NCBI RefSeq assembly: GCF_036321535.1
Contig: NC_087436.1
Location: forward strand, 55,182,001 to 55,246,000
Reading direction: 5' to 3'
Source of the DNA: Camelus dromedarius
Taxonomy: Eukaryota
DNA: 64,000 bases
This document shows positions 27,150-40,365 of this stretch, piece by piece. Each line of letters begins with the position of its first letter. Positions within the stretch are counted from its first letter, which is position 1. The notes beneath the pieces were generated by a model. That model worked only from the letters and a program-made list of their open reading frames with translations. It ran no database searches and was not told the origin of the DNA. Position numbers and translations under genes: made by a program.

Positions 27150-28120
27150 TATAGTATTCATTCGTGGAACTGCAGTCTAGGTGAGGTAGTCGAAAATTTA
27201 ATAGCAAATTATAAGGGAATACAGGATGAAATGTATTAAAATGAGATCAAATCACACACAGTCAGGAACCTAGAATAATTCATTCCAGCTAAGTGGAGTG
27301 GGTTACTAGAAAAAGTTTCATAGGAGAAGTAGCGTTGAATTGGGTCTAGGAATAATAGTGGTGTTAATGGAGGCAGAGGATGGGAAAGAACTTCATCAGT
27401 GTCCACTATGTGAAAGCACAGGGCGTATTACAGAAATACAAAAGTATTACAGAAATAATGACTACACCAGAGGGTTGTGGTATACAAATATAATTGGTGA
27501 TGAGTTTGTATGTACAGAGGGCAGGGAAAGCTGCATAGGTAACCTAGGGAGAAAGTTTGCGTAAGGAAGAAAATGAAGCCTGGGGACTGAAACCTGGAGT
27601 AATTGGAGTTTGGGAAGAGGAAGTAGATGTAGCAATAGACAACGAAAAGAAGACATCTATGTAAAAGTTCTCATCACACAAAAAAATTTTGTAACCATGT
27701 ATGGTGATGGATGTTAGCTAGAACTATTATGGTGATCATTTTACAGTATATCCAAAAATCAAATCATTATGTTGTACACCTGAATAATATAATGTATGAT
27801 AAATATACCTGAATTTAAAAAAAAAAGATATCAATGGGGTATGAAATACATCAGAAGGGCATGGGAGAAAAGGCAAGAAGAGAATTAATGCAAGGATGGG
27901 AATTAATCATCTGTATCAAATGCTGTCAAGATTTGAGTGAAAAGGGGATAGATAGATAGCTGATAGTAGACCTAACATGAGGGATGTCATTGGTGATTAG
28001 GAATGATTGGTTTAATGGGTTGGTGAGGATGAAACCGTCCACTGGCTTCTAGAGAGAACAGAGTTAAGAAATTGAAGACAAGGAGTTTTGACAACTCTTC
28101 TAAGGAATTTTGTCATAAAA
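27150..28120 (-). mobile_element. L2 segment interrupted by an L1
   Basis: Purine-rich; 'tgtatcaaatgctgtcaag', 'gatgtcattggtga', 'gacaactcttctaaggaattttg'. Confidence 0.6.
27662..27826 (+). mobile_element. L1MA9/10-like 3' end
   Basis: 'aaaagttctcatcac...ggtgatggatgtt...tggtgatcatttt...tcattatgttgtacacctgaa' plus A tail; degenerate TSD aaaagaagacatctatg / aaaaaaagatatcaatg. Confidence 0.85.
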
Positions 28121-28199
28121 TTGTGTTACATCTTTTTTATCCTGAAGGACAGCAGAGAAATGTGGCTGTGAATAGAGGCAAGTAGAACCAGTCAAAGCT

Positions 28200-28445
28200 T
28201 CAGTATGAGTGAACTCTTTAAGTATGAGAATCGGGAGGTGGTGATAACCATTTCCCTCCCCTGTGGACGGTGTGGTGTTTTATTGAGCATAATAAAACCA
28301 GCACCTTGAAAGAAGCAGGGACAACTATGCAGAATCCTGACTGTGATTAGTCGAGTCACATGCCAATATCTTTCTAATAAATCCTTCTTTAGCCTAAGTT
28401 AATTAAAGTGGGATTTGTGTAATCTAAAAGACCTGGTTGATTGAG
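28200..28445 (+). mobile_element. Old MLT1 (J/K/L-like) LTR 3' part
   Basis: 'aataaatccttcttt...cctaagttaattaaagtgggattt...aaaagacctg'. Confidence 0.5.
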
Positions 28446-28459
28446 TAGTAAAATGTAAT

Positions 28460-29430
28460 CAGCTAAACTTTGCAAATATTAAGTGTGAGATGTCAAAAAC
28501 ATCAACAGGCTTTGGAGGTTCAGACCTGGAATTCATGAACGAGCTCAGAACTGTAGTTTCATAGTCTGGAATATAGAGGATGTAGTCAAATTAGGCAAGA
28601 AAGAGATTGCTCAGTTTGTGCGTCCAGGCGTGGTAGGAATATTTTAAAATGTGCATATAAAACAATGCTGTAGAGTAAATCATACATGTGAAGAACAGCT
28701 GACTAAAGGCCACAGAAGACAGTTTAAAGAAACATAATCAGACACATGAAGGAGAACAGGAATGTAGCGTCATAAAATGTAAGGAGTGGTTAAGCATTTT
28801 AGGGAAAAAGCATATGTTGTCAAGTGTGTCAGGATTTTAATTATGATGATCACTGTCAAAACACCACTGAGTTTAATATTTGATAGTGAGGGGCTTTGAG
28901 AAAGCAATTTTAGTTTAGCTAGTAGAGGGAAGAGATGAATCAGATTATCAGGTTAAGCTAGTTTGTGCATTGACAGAGAGGAGACAGTAAGGGAGAAGTC
29001 ATTTTTTTTAAGTGAAAGAAAGGAGAAAAATGGTAACTAGAGGGAAGACTCAGAATGAATGAGAAGTGATAAATAAACAGCCCGATGCTTGAGCATATTT
29101 GTTGATGAATATAGACAACAGGGGAAAGGGAGAGAATGAAAAGAAGACAAATAGTGAATGGAGCAAGGACAGGAATGACAACACGGGAGGAAGAACTCAC
29201 ATTGGGAAGAAGGTGGGTCATGTCTTTGTAAAAAATAAGATGACAGAAGTAACAAAATGCAGAGGTATTTTTAGATGAAAAAGTGGGGATTTTCTCTGTT
29301 TTGAAGAGTATAACTGGGAGGAAAGGGACCAGATCTAGAAACATGGAAATAATGATAAAGCAATAGGTCAGCCACAGTAGCAAATGAGGTAGATAATTAT
29401 CCAGAAATGAATGGTCAGTGCTACTTCTTC
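28460..29430 (-). mobile_element. L2 segment
   Basis: Purine-rich; 'gtgtgagatgtc', 'gacctggaattc', 'ctttgagaaagcaattttagt'. Confidence 0.55.
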
Positions 29431-30635
29431 CCTTCTCTAGAAGTCTGTCCTTGATTTACAACTAGTTTTAAAGCACATTTAACGCTCAGGGACTGGGCCA
29501 TAAAAGGATAGGATTAGGAGAGCAAATACTAGGGTTTGCTTTGGAATCCAAGAGAATAACTCCAGATTCTGCTCCACAAAGGAAACCTTGATTTCCCAAC
29601 ATAAGAATGAGACTTTCGAGAATGTTATCTTGTTATACAAGCAAGAGTAAAGGACTATCAATTAGCTGATGAAAGTCTTTCTGTAGGAGATGAGTGGCTT
29701 TATAGGAAATAGGCAGCTTCTACTGGGCAGCCAACTTTGTGCGACCCTACCCTTGTGATAAGTAAGGAGTTCCCATAAGAACCATCATCCTCCTTTACGA
29801 TGGAGACCCATGATACCAAAAGTACCTGCTTCAGAGGATTATAAACGAATATGCATGTATATAAAAGGCCATCCATTTACAAGTTATGGATTACTGCTGG
29901 TTCTTTATTTGAACTCTGTATCAACAGAAAAGCACATTTGCTCTGTAGCCTATGACTCTGATACACTGAGACACTGTAATTGCTCCACATTCCTGAGTAA
30001 TCATTTTCTGATGGGTTTATTGCCACGTCTGCCTTATCAGGGCATGGCACTGTTACGGACCCTGGTGATAAATTACCCTTTGGAGAGGGATAAGACAGTG
30101 CCACTTTAACAAGTGCAATAAAGCACTTTTTATATTGGGAGAGTTCAGTGCATTTTCCATTCATCATACACCCTCAGTGATTTTACACAGATTTTACACT
30201 GTTGATTAGCTCATTAGTGGGGTTAATTGGATACATTAACTGGCAGAATTACAGCTTGACTATGAACCAGAGGCTGCAGCATTATAAATGACAGACAAAC
30301 CACAGACATGCATGGCCAGCCTGAAGGAAGTTCTTCTCTTTGATTAACTTTCATTAGATTTTAATTCTTTCCCCCTCCCCACTCCTGTAAATGACTCCAG
30401 ATGAATATTTACTATGGATTGGATAAGTGAATAGATAGCATTAATACACATTTTCAGTATTTTCTCTCCTTCTGCCATAAATTTTCCTGAAAAATAATAA
30501 GAAAAAGATCAGTTTAGGAAAGCGATGAAAATAGTTCAAAGGAAATCAAGAAATGGATGCCTAGAAATTCAATAAAATATCCTCTTTCAAAAACCATGTT
30601 TTTACTGAATCCTTGATAATACATAATGTAAATTA

Positions 30636-30800
30636 ATCGTTCCCTCACAGGCTGCACATCAGTAGCACAGGAAAGCATTCAAAAATCTAGATTCCTGTTC
30701 CACACCCTAAACCTATTAAATAAACACTTTTAGAAGTAGGTCAGGAATCTTTATAATTAACAATTTCCCCAGCTGATTCTTACACAGTGAGTTTTACATT
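30636..30800. mobile_element. MER5-type hAT MITE
   Basis: 'aaaaatctagattcctg...ccctaaaccta...ggaatc...taacaatttccccagctgattctta'. Confidence 0.6.
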
Positions 30801-31157
30801 GTGATTAAAATAGCATGTTAGTTTGCATTGAACATCAAGCATTGAGGAGTATTCACTTAATTAAATTACTTTAAATAGATGTGATACCATTTGGAGGAAG
30901 GCCAAGCTCCTTTAAAAAGACAAAATTTTTTCTGTAGTTCAAATTCTCCACCAGATTCAGTCTTTAGGTTTGTTGAGTTCTGAGTTTTTTCTCCCATATT
31001 TTCTTCAACTTTTTACTTCTACTAGTTGTAATTGTCTTTGTGAAAAGAAATTTTTAGTTTTTATTTCTTTTCTAAGAAATCATATGTGCCCCAGTGGAAA
31101 CTATAAGTATAGAGATGATGTATAATTTACTTATGTTTTTGATTTGTTTATATAAGA

Positions 31158-31296
31158 GAGTGGTTGGCAGTGGAACTAGTACTTAGACTAAGAATGTGGA
31201 CCTGGGCTCCTGGGGCAGCTCTGTGATTCCCTTTTCAGACAGCTTGAGAAAGTTCCGAATTTTCTAGGCCTAGGTTTATAATTCTTAAACTGAAAA
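31158..31296 (+). mobile_element. MIR fragment
   Basis: 'cagtggaactagtacttagactaagaat...gacctgggctcc...gctctg...cttgagaaagt'. Confidence 0.55.
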
Positions 31297-32331
31297 TCAG
31301 TCAAATCTCATGGACAAGATGAAGATGAAAGGAAATTTTAGGAGTTGGAATGGACCATCTCCAAAGGAGGGAGAGAGGAGGAGTCTGGCACATGAGGCAG
31401 AGGGTATAAGAAAGGAAGAGCATTTCACGTGGACAGCATGTGCAAACTGTGGAGAACAAGGAAGCTGGGATAAAAAGAAACCCAACCCGCTGATGGCTGT
31501 AGGTAACTCACCCCTATCTGCTACTTTTCAGGCCAAGAGGAGCAGGCATGCATATCAATTGTCAGTTGTGAAGCAACCATTGAATGAGAAGACAGAATAT
31601 AAAGGAATTATTTGTAGTTGTAGAAAAACAGCACAGGAAAAGAAAGAGGAGGAAGAAATAAAAGGAAAACAAAGAGCTTTGTCTGAGTTGTAGGAGAAAA
31701 GAAAACTGGGGGGCCAGGGAGAGAGAAGAAAATCATCTCCCCACATCATATGGGCAGGGAGGTAGTGGAAAGACTATTATTAGGAAAATCTACATAAAAA
31801 TTCATAGGAGCACTTACCAACAAGTTACTGAGCAGTTTGGATTTTGATAAATAGTTAAACTGAACTGAACCCAAAGGATGCATTTACAGTGATTCCAAGT
31901 TTTGGAGTTTAGTACTTTATTTGCATTCCAAATCATGATTAAACTTTTACTCTGAAAAATGTATCAAGAAAATAAGGATTCCTGCTTTTACTGAAAAATG
32001 TATTAAGAAGAATGAAAATTGCTGCTGAAACTCCGCTGTGAAAGGTGAAGGCAGTACTCTCAGTGGTTTTCTGTAGGTGTGAAATAAAACTTAAGACACA
32101 TTGTGACTTTTGTTAAGATACTGTGATGTGTTTAGGTGGCCTAGAATCTAGGAGACAGTGGATCAAAACTCCACACATGTCAGTGACTCATATGCTTAAG
32201 AAACTTTAGGTATCTGGCATATCATTACTTTTCAGAAAAATTATTACTTGTACTATTTTAGAGGAGAACCCTGAGGCACTTATTTTTCTTTCTTGGGTTA
32301 TGCAGTTTGTTTTTTTTTAATAGCGTAAGGA

Positions 32332-32375
32332 GCTTTTTGCTAATAGCAGCTTTTTGCTAATCGCTTTTTGCTAAT
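32332..32375. repeat. Three copies of GCTTTTTGCTAAT
   Basis: Copies at 32332, 32349 and 32363. Confidence 0.9.
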
Positions 32376-32509
32376 AGCAGCAAATATGACAATGCTGTCT
32401 CTTAAAATTCAAAAATTAAAAAGTTTCCAGATAAATTCATTTAAAAATGTTCTCTGAGCTACGAGAACCAAATAAAATGTAAGGTATTAAAGAAAGCTCC
32501 TCCTGTTCA

Positions 32510-32665
32510 ACCAGCTCTCTTTCTTTTCTGAACTTCTGTTACATGCTGTGTGTGCACCTTATGAGGTACTTATCTTATTTTACCTTCTGTCATAGTTATT
32601 TGCACATGAACTTTATCTTCCTTGCTAGATGATCTATTTCTGGAGGACAGAGATGATGTTTCATA
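32510..32665 (+). mobile_element. L2 3' fragment
   Basis: 'atagttatttgcacatg...ctagatga...tggaggacagagatgatgt'. Confidence 0.55.
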
Positions 32666-34315
32666 AAATGTAGAATAGCCACACAGTTAATCATTGTAAT
32701 TCTCATAATACACATAAAGATCTGTTGAGAACAAAGAGTGTACCAAGCAGAACACAGAATGAGACAGACATTGATTGCAGCTTCCTTCAAAGTTCATATA
32801 TTGAAGTCAACAGATCTCACAGCTTGGAGCAAAAGTTATGAATATACATTAATATTGGATTAACTGTTTTTATATCTTAGTGGAGTCTAAAATGACTTGA
32901 AATATGGGTCAATAAAATGTATGTTTTGAAGGGTATTGAAATAGGGAAATAAAATATTTTTGTGGAGTATAATGTAGGTTATTCTTGATCATGCTGAGAA
33001 ATGAAAGTAACTTGAAGAAAAATAGACTAGACACAAATTGAACAATGTATTGAAATGAAATCACAAAATGAAACAAAATACATGTTTAAATATGCATAGC
33101 ATAGGAGGGACTATTGCTTTAATATTGTTCTAGAAGGCATTTGAGAACCAATGAAGAGAATTAAAGAGCAGGAAAATGTTGGAAAGCATTTAGAATATGA
33201 AGAAAGTATCTCACCTTTTTATTTCTCTAGTCACAAATCTGAAAAGCCTCATTATTCCCTGTTTTCCACAGTGGAGCTCAGACTTCATACCTCCTGATTT
33301 TGACTAACATAGTACCTGGGCCAATCACCTAAGTCAGGAAGAGCATTAGGAGAAGAACCCCCACAAGTGAGTGGGAGCTGGAAGTCATCCTGTTGCTTTT
33401 TACCTGCCAGAGAGCCTGGGTGGGCACTTCGGACACAAATCAGTTTTGTTTATCTCCTACATAGTGTGACTTCCTTCAGTTCTTTTTCAGTGCACTCATC
33501 ACCCATCAACTCTGGGGCTTTGAATCTCAGGCTGCTCAGCTGGAGTCCTGTCATTGCTAAAAGCTATCTCTAGTCCTCTCTTTCTATGCCCAGAATTTAT
33601 TCCATATCCATTTCTCAATGTTGGGTATGAGGTTTCTCCAAACAGGATAAGTCACTGAGTCCCACGATGAATATCTCCCTGACCTAATCTTGTCGCGTCT
33701 TGAGACCGTGGCTTCAATTGGACTACACTGAAATCAATGCCAATATGTAGTCTGCCATTATGTCCGTCTAAATACTATAATTTGAAGGAAAGTAAGTCAA
33801 TGACAAATTAGTTAAAACACTGAATATGTATTTTTGAAACTCAACATGTTCATTCACAAACCATTCATTCCAGTTTTTTCATATCATTAAATGTCCTGCA
33901 AATTAATACAATAGTAATACGTAGAAATGTAGCAGAGTTATCATTGCTTGCTAATATCCATAAAAATATAAACATGGATACTTACTTGCAGAAGATGATA
34001 ACAGAAATAAAGCTGGTACATTACAATATGGAATCTGAATCTTGTTTCTCCACAGTGAACTTGCCTTTTGGATAGCTTCATTACGTAGCATAAGCCCTAA
34101 CCCATACTAGGCACGATATAAATATTTGTTGCAAGAATAAGTGTATCTCCCCAAGACAGAGAGTTTTAGGAAACAGAAATTAGACACAGAAATAAAGCAC
34201 AATAGGCCTATATCATAAATGAATAGTTGCACCCAAATCAGAATCCAAAGTTAAGTATTTGTTTCCAAAAGCACAGTATGCTGACAATGGAATATATGCA
34301 GATTCCATTTGCCAG

Positions 34316-34781
34316 TGTATTAGTAAGGGTTCTTTAGAGAAACAGAACCAATAGGGTATAAAAATATTTATTATGAGGTATTGGCTTATGTAGTTATGGA
34401 GGCTGAAAACTCCCATGATCCGCTGTCTGCAAGCTGGAGATCCAGGAAAGCCAATGGTGTAATTCAGCTCAAGTTCAGATACCTGAGAACCAGGGCAACC
34501 ATTGATGTAAATCTCAGACCAAGGGCAGGAGACCATGAGATGGGGTGTCCCATCTCAAGCAACGAGGCAGGAAAGAAAGGGGGCAGATTCCTCTTTCCTT
34601 AGCTGGTTTGTTCAGACATTCAGCAAATTGAATGATGCCCACTCACACTGGGGAGGGCCGTGGTTTCAGATGCATATCTCATCTTGAAACACCCTCAAAG
34701 GCACATCCAGAAATAATGATTAACCAGATAACTAGGCATCCCCTGATCCAGTCAAGCTGATATATAAAAATGACTCTCACA
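34316..34781 (-). mobile_element. MLT2B-like ERVL solo LTR
   Basis: 'tgtattagt..gggttctttagagaaacagaaccaatagg', 'ctgtctgcaagctggaga', 'ccagtcaagctga...ctcaca' with TG...CA ends. Confidence 0.9.
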
Positions 34782-34893
34782 CCTGGCTTAATTAATTGTT
34801 AGTTCAAGTATAATAATTGAGTAATTTAGTTATAGTTCAGTTAGTTACAGTATAGTATAAAGTTTAATTAGTATACAGTCAGTAAGGGTAAAG

Positions 34894-34896
<3 letters not shown>

Positions 34897-34926
<30 letters not shown>
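34897..34926. repeat. (TG)15 microsatellite
   Basis: Seen directly. Confidence 0.97.
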
Positions 34927-34928
<2 letters not shown>

Positions 34929-36589
34929 CTCACTACATGATACATGTCTTTGAACTCAGGACAACAAATAGATTCCATGTTGCTTTCCAGCTCTGATTTA
35001 TTGGGAGTACCTGCCTGGAGGATTGCATTGATAAAGATTATGATCCTAAGTTTGAACTCAACAGAAAAGTTTCACATTTGTCATAGTCTCAAGCTTGAGA
35101 AAAATCACTGTATTCTGATATCTACACTTCACTGAAACTGCATGTTAGCAGTTTAAAATATTAAGTATTTAGTAAAATGTTAGATATTGTAACCTCTTAA
35201 GTTGCTTTGAGTTATAAATATAGCTTGTATATAAAGGATCTTTAATGTCAAAAGCAGATATGATGCTACATATATACAAGGCTCAAGCTGACAATACAAG
35301 GTGAATAAGAAACGGTGCTCTCAAGAATTTATAATTTAGTTGTTGCTCTCAGCCACAAATAGTACCAGCCTAAAAATTGTACAGAGCTTAATAAAAACAC
35401 TGTTAATGAAAGGTGGCATTTGACAGTATTGTCTGCATATGTATGTCAGTATATATGTATCTATTTGCAGTCTTCTGAGACACAGGAATTAGAACATTAT
35501 TCAGTATAGCTGCATAATAATAATTCAGGCAGTCTTGAGACTAGCCATTTTATGTATTTTCTACATCCGTGTTTTCTTCCAGAATTGTGAATGCCTCTCT
35601 GCCTTTTATTGCTGGTTCTTTGCTGCCCCAGATCATAGTGCTTCTTGAAAGCTGCTAGTGAATGAACAATTTTGCTTCTATTCCCAGGATAACATCTGTA
35701 GGAAAACAAGTCAGGCAGATACGTTCACTTATGCAAGCAAATACTTGCAAGCAAATACTATTTTCTTTTTAGCTGCAGAAAGTCATTTGAGGCATGATTA
35801 TGCAGCACCTGCTAAGATGTTATTGGCTGTCTCTTTCCCTGTTAGGAAGAAGTGGTTCTGATGACCCTGATTGTATTGGAAAGAAAAAGGGTAGTAATTA
35901 GGTGGTTATTGTCTCTCACTGGAAGGCGGATTTCTGGTTGAGACTTCTTATTTTCCGTACAGCTTGCTTATGTAAATGAGAAAAATGCCACACTCACACA
36001 AACCCTTGAAATAAAATGGCACATCCTCAGCATTTCAATCTGAGTATTATCTTCCCCACAATAGATTCATCTCTACAAAATATCCAATCAATCCTTCCAA
36101 CCCTTCCACTATCGTTCTATTTTAATTAAACATTCTTTCAATGAAATTATCATATTTTGTTGTGTTAATTAAATATATCTTTTATTCTGTTGTCTTATAG
36201 TGAAAATATTTAATTCATGAAAAATGTGAGTACTGAATATTTTAAGCTTTGCCATGTTATCTCTTTTACCACCTATATGTGTTTTAGCCTTTTCACAGTC
36301 TTTGAATTACTTAAATTCCATCATCTGCCTTAGTTGAGGCTGCTGATCCCACCTTCATGGCCCTCTATGATCTTGTTTTATACCCAATTGCAGTCTTCTT
36401 TGAATTCTTCTCTAGACAGGTCAGCTTTCTCACTTTGTTCACATGTGCATAATTTGGTCTCTTTCCCATTTGGAGTCCTCCCTGGGTTGAATATTTAGCA
36501 CTTAGCCCTGGAGTTTCATTTTCTACGCTTCTTTACCCTACTCTGTACATCAGTATTTGATTTGATTAGACTCCCTTTTCTTATCCCTT

Positions 36590-36956
36590 ATAGTTACTTT
36601 TGTTTGTCCAGAAGAAAATTCCAATGAGAGTTCGGTGGGTGAGAAGACAAAATTGCCATTGTATTTAAATCTCTGGCTCCCTCTGTTAGCCTGTGGTTGC
36701 CAAAGGCTAATTCCTTTACTGCAGGCCACAGCTCCCATGGGGTCGTACCTCTTGTGGCTCTCTGTCTTGCCATGTTCAATCCTAGGAGAAGCAGAAGTCA
36801 CCAGCTGTTGCTAAAGCCATAAGATGCTTCCCTTTCTTTTTTGGTGTCCCGTAAATGTGTCCACACAACTGTAAAACATTTTTTATTAAATTTTTTTTCA
36901 GTAGCCTTAATATAAGTATACCATGTATCTTTCCTGTGGAGATTCTGCTAGATACA
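36590..36956 (+). mobile_element. LTR33-like ERVL LTR
   Basis: 3' end 'ccacacaactgtaaa...tttattaaa...taccatgtatctttcctgtggaga...gataca'. Confidence 0.6.
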
Positions 36957-36994
36957 CTCTGCCAACCCTAACCAACATCAGTAAAGATGAGTAA

Positions 36995-37192
36995 AGAACA
37001 AATGAAAATTAGGAAGTCTCAGTAAAGAAATAGAAGATATAAAGAAGACACAAATGAAAATTTTAGACCTGAAAAAATATAATAACCTCTAGGAAAACTG
37101 GGTAAAGAATACACAGGATCTCTCTGTATTATTTTTTACAACTGCATGTGACTCTACAATTACTTCAAAATAAAAAAAAGTTTAATTTAAAA
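36995..37192 (+). mobile_element. L1 ORF1 fragment joined to an L1MC/MD-like 3' terminus
   Basis: 'aaagaaatagaagatataaagaag..caaatgaaaattttaga' then 'ggaaaactgggtaaag..tacacaggatctctctgtatt...acaactgcatgtga'. Confidence 0.7.
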
Positions 37193-37275
37193 TATCTTCG
37201 AAGGAAAAAAATATTTTACTTTGAAAGTATCAGTATTTAGATTTGTTTTAAAGTCCCCCAATACTCATATAGTAA

Positions 37276-37425
37276 TTTTTTTTATTGGCCTTCTTAAACA
37301 GATGTGTAAGGGTATTAATGATATACAATAACTTGCACATATTTAACATAAATATATAATTTGATGAGTTTGAACATACATGTATAGCCATGAAACTGTC
37401 AACCCAGTCAAGGTAATAAACACAG
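37276..37425 (-). mobile_element. L1MB-like 3' end
   Basis: 'atatacaataacttgcacatattt...ttgatgagtttgaacata...ccatgaaac...tcaaggtaataaaca'. Confidence 0.7.
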
Positions 37426-37529
37426 AAGGCATTTAAACAAATACAATTCCTTTCTTATAAGAAGCTTTGATGAGATACGTTATTTTTCTTAAAGATCTCT
37501 TTAATTTAGGGATGATTTCCATTTTAAAT

Positions 37530-37770
37530 TTATATTTAATGTTAAGCTATTTTTGTTGTTGATTTCTAGGCTTATTACATTAAAATCTGAGAACTTGGCC
37601 TCCAAAATCTCTGTTTTTAACATTTACTGAGGCTGTCTTTATTACTCATATACAATATTTTGTAAGGGTTCCATAGACAAAAGAGAAGAATATGTTATTC
37701 TCTTTATTGATTCAGACATTTTTTTCCTTTGGGTTTATGTTCAAGTTTTCAGATTACTTTTTTCTACTGT
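37530..37770 (-). mobile_element. Decayed L1M ORF2 5' fragment
   Basis: 'catttactgaggct...ttttgtaagggttcca...gagaagaatatg..ttctc'. Confidence 0.5.
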
Positions 37771-38775
37771 TGAAGTGATTGTCAGGATAGGGAAGCAACT
37801 ACATGGGGAGAGACAACAGAGTCTGCATCAGTTGCTTCATAAAGTGATGTGCTATCCTTGTCGCTCCTTGTAGTCCTACAGCGATTCTGCAGTTTGAACT
37901 ATATAATGTGATTTCAGCTGCCTCCTGTTCTGTTTGAATTGATGTTTCTTCCTATTGCTGTTCGCTAGCGTGTTATTTAAATTCAAAGCATTATTATATT
38001 TCTCTCTTTTCTATTTAAGATCAAACCTTATTAACAAACCCGACTCCTACTCATTCTGTTGTCAGTCCCCTTAAGGTATACCCAGCAGCCTTCATGCTTT
38101 TAGAAAGGGGCAGGGAGCACAATTAGTTTGCCAAGAGCTGACACCTTAAAGGTATAATGTTAAAAATATCTATAAATCAAAACTCATAAAACACATTAAC
38201 ATTTTTAAGCAGAAATGCCCCAAAGGCCACTTAGAGGAGGATGAATATGGGCTTTCTTTCCAAATGCCTCGTATTACTTCTTTTTAAATATTTTCGTCTT
38301 GATATTTTGATAGTGGGCAACCATGCCATTATATGTCTGCTTTATAAAAGCCATTTAAAACAGGTAATGTGAGAAAAATCAATCAGAACTCACAATCCAT
38401 TTTAAGAACCATTATAATAAAATGTCTGTCTTCATATAACGTGAGGTGCCCATGTTTAAGATGCTTGAAGAAATGTACTACATCCATAAAGGACAATGAA
38501 GATGTAAAAGTATTGATTTTTCAAAATACAAGGAGTAGGAAATCCGTTATTGAATGGATATAATTTCTAAAATTTACCTGAGTGAAAATTCAAGAAAAAA
38601 GTTGCACTTCTGGGATACTATTTTATGTAATTTCATTCACTCAATTAAAGAATGGTTACTAAGTGGCAGTCCTCCCCAATATCAAGCACACAAAGACATC
38701 AGACACACAAACCCACATGTAACTGTACATACACACATACAATTGCACACACAGGCCTTCACCTGCACTAACATT

Positions 38776-38778
<3 letters not shown>

Positions 38779-38818
<40 letters not shown>
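38779..38818. repeat. (AC)20 microsatellite with degenerate CA-rich lead-in from ~38686
   Basis: Seen directly. Confidence 0.97.
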
Positions 38819-38821
<3 letters not shown>

Positions 38822-38869
38822 CATATATGCTTGTAACCCTGGATATCTCTAATTTTCAGGGCTTGTTAG

Positions 38870-38980
38870 CAGTTCTTTTCAAACTGAAGTATGCATAAGA
38901 AGAATTTGGGGATGCTTTAAATATATTTCTAGATCACCAGAGACTTACAAAAATAGACATCTTAGGAATAAAGCCTGAGG
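38870..38980. mobile_element. MER5-type fragment
   Basis: 'cagttcttttcaaactgaagtatgcataaga...ggggatgcttt'. Confidence 0.5.
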
Positions 38981-39099
38981 TGATAACATCTGAAATATCA
39001 CTTGTTTTATCCTGCTAGTCATACCAGGTAGCAAAATTTTAATCATTATTTCCCCTGTAATTATACACATTTAAATGAAGAAAATATTTTAAAAAACCC

Positions 39100-39292
39100 A
39101 CATCCTGATTAGTTCAAATCTGGATACTTCACATTACTAGCTATGAAAATCTGCTCAAATCCCAATTTTTCTGAACTTAATTCTTACCTGCAAAATGGGA
39201 ATAATAAACTTCCTTCTCTTTCTTATAAGCCTGATCAAGTGGAGTGAGCTAAAATTATGAACAGCATTTTAACTCTAAAGCAGTATACAGCA
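39100..39292 (+). mobile_element. MIR
   Basis: 'gttcaaatc...ttactagctatga...ctgcaaaatgggaataata'. Confidence 0.7.
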
Positions 39293-39494
39293 CTTTTATC
39301 TTTTGAAAAACTATTTTGAAAGTAATATGCTGACAATTTTCTTCTTTACCACTAATAATCAAAAAGTTGCAAATTTTTATTCTGCCTCCTGATACAAAGA
39401 CCCAGAAAATATATATTTATCCACACACTATATAGATAAATATACAGTTGCTTTCTAAAGGAAACTTTCCCCAGAATACCTCTACCATAAAAAA

Positions 39495-39620
39495 GTAGCA
39501 TGCTTTTGTGGAAAGCACACTAGACTGGGAGTTGGAGTCCAAATCCTGTGTTGACGAACAGTTCCTACAGAGTTTGGACCAATGAGACCTATTATCCTTT
39601 GGGTGACTTCAAGCTAAACT
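39495..39620 (+). mobile_element. MIR 5' fragment
   Basis: 'gtggaaagcacactagactgggagttggag'. Confidence 0.55.
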
Positions 39621-39731
39621 TCTACTGTGTCAATAGTTACATTTGTACCTACATTTATAGATGAATTTTTAGATTAAGGATTGGCTAAGTAAAATATCTC
39701 TTTGATTAAACTACTATTATTCATTGATAAT

Positions 39732-40095
39732 CACTATGGTCTGAATGTTTGTGTTCCTCCAAAATTCGTTCATTGAAATCATAACCATCAGGTGATGGTA
39801 TTAGTTGGTGTATCCTTTGGAAAGTGATTAGGTCGTGAGGGTGGAGCCCTCATGATTGGCTGTGCAGTTATATAAAAGAGACCCCAGAGAGTTAGCTCAT
39901 CCCTTCTACTACATGAGGTTACAGTCAGAATGTGCAGTCTATAGACTGGGAAACAGGCTCTCACCAGATACCAAATCTACTGGCATCTTGATCTTGAACT
40001 CCTCAACCTCCAGAGCTGTAAACAATAAATTTCCGTTATTTCTAAGCCACCCAATCTGTGACATTCTGTTACAGCTGCCCAAATGGACTACAACA
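39732..40095 (+). mobile_element. MLT1A/MLT1A0-like MaLR solo LTR
   Basis: 'ctatggtctgaatgtttgtgttcctccaaaattc', 'ataaaagagaccccagagag', 'aataaattt...aagccacccaatctgtg...ggactacaaca'. Confidence 0.9.
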
Positions 40096-40283
40096 ATGAC
40101 TTAACCACAATTGTCATTATTGTGCTTTAAGAAAAACTATTTCTTTCTATTTCAGATGTTCTTGGTCCTAAAAAACAAAATTATGAATTATTTCTTATCT
40201 CTGTTTTCACAGTGTCTTCTGTTTTCCCTTGTCTTCAGTTGATTCCAAAAATTATATTGCTGAGAACCTTAGTTAATACTAAC

Positions 40284-40365
40284 TGTGGTAAATTGCACAA
40301 TAATTTCCAGCTTTTCCCATCTTGAGGTGGATGGAGCTCATTTACTTACCCCTTGAATCTGAGCA
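40284..40365 (+). mobile_element. MLT1F/G-like LTR 5' fragment
   Basis: 'tgtggta...gaggtgga...ccccttgaatctgagc'. Confidence 0.45.

Noticed and set aside
28958..29383. Longest ORF (141 aa, hydrophobic)
   Set aside because: Lies in the pyrimidine-rich strand of a decayed L2; F/L/S bias is compositional and no domain is recognisable
31310..31693. 127-aa ATG ORF
   Set aside because: Purine-rich low-complexity sequence, no recognisable domain or supporting gene structure
33240..33600. Possible ancient LTR fragment
   Set aside because: GC-richer but no family or termini could be supported
34213..34602. Overlapping 107-aa and 73-aa ORFs
   Set aside because: Mostly within an MLT2 LTR
38554..38898. 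114-aa ORF with HT repeats
   Set aside because: Artefact of the (AC)n microsatellite
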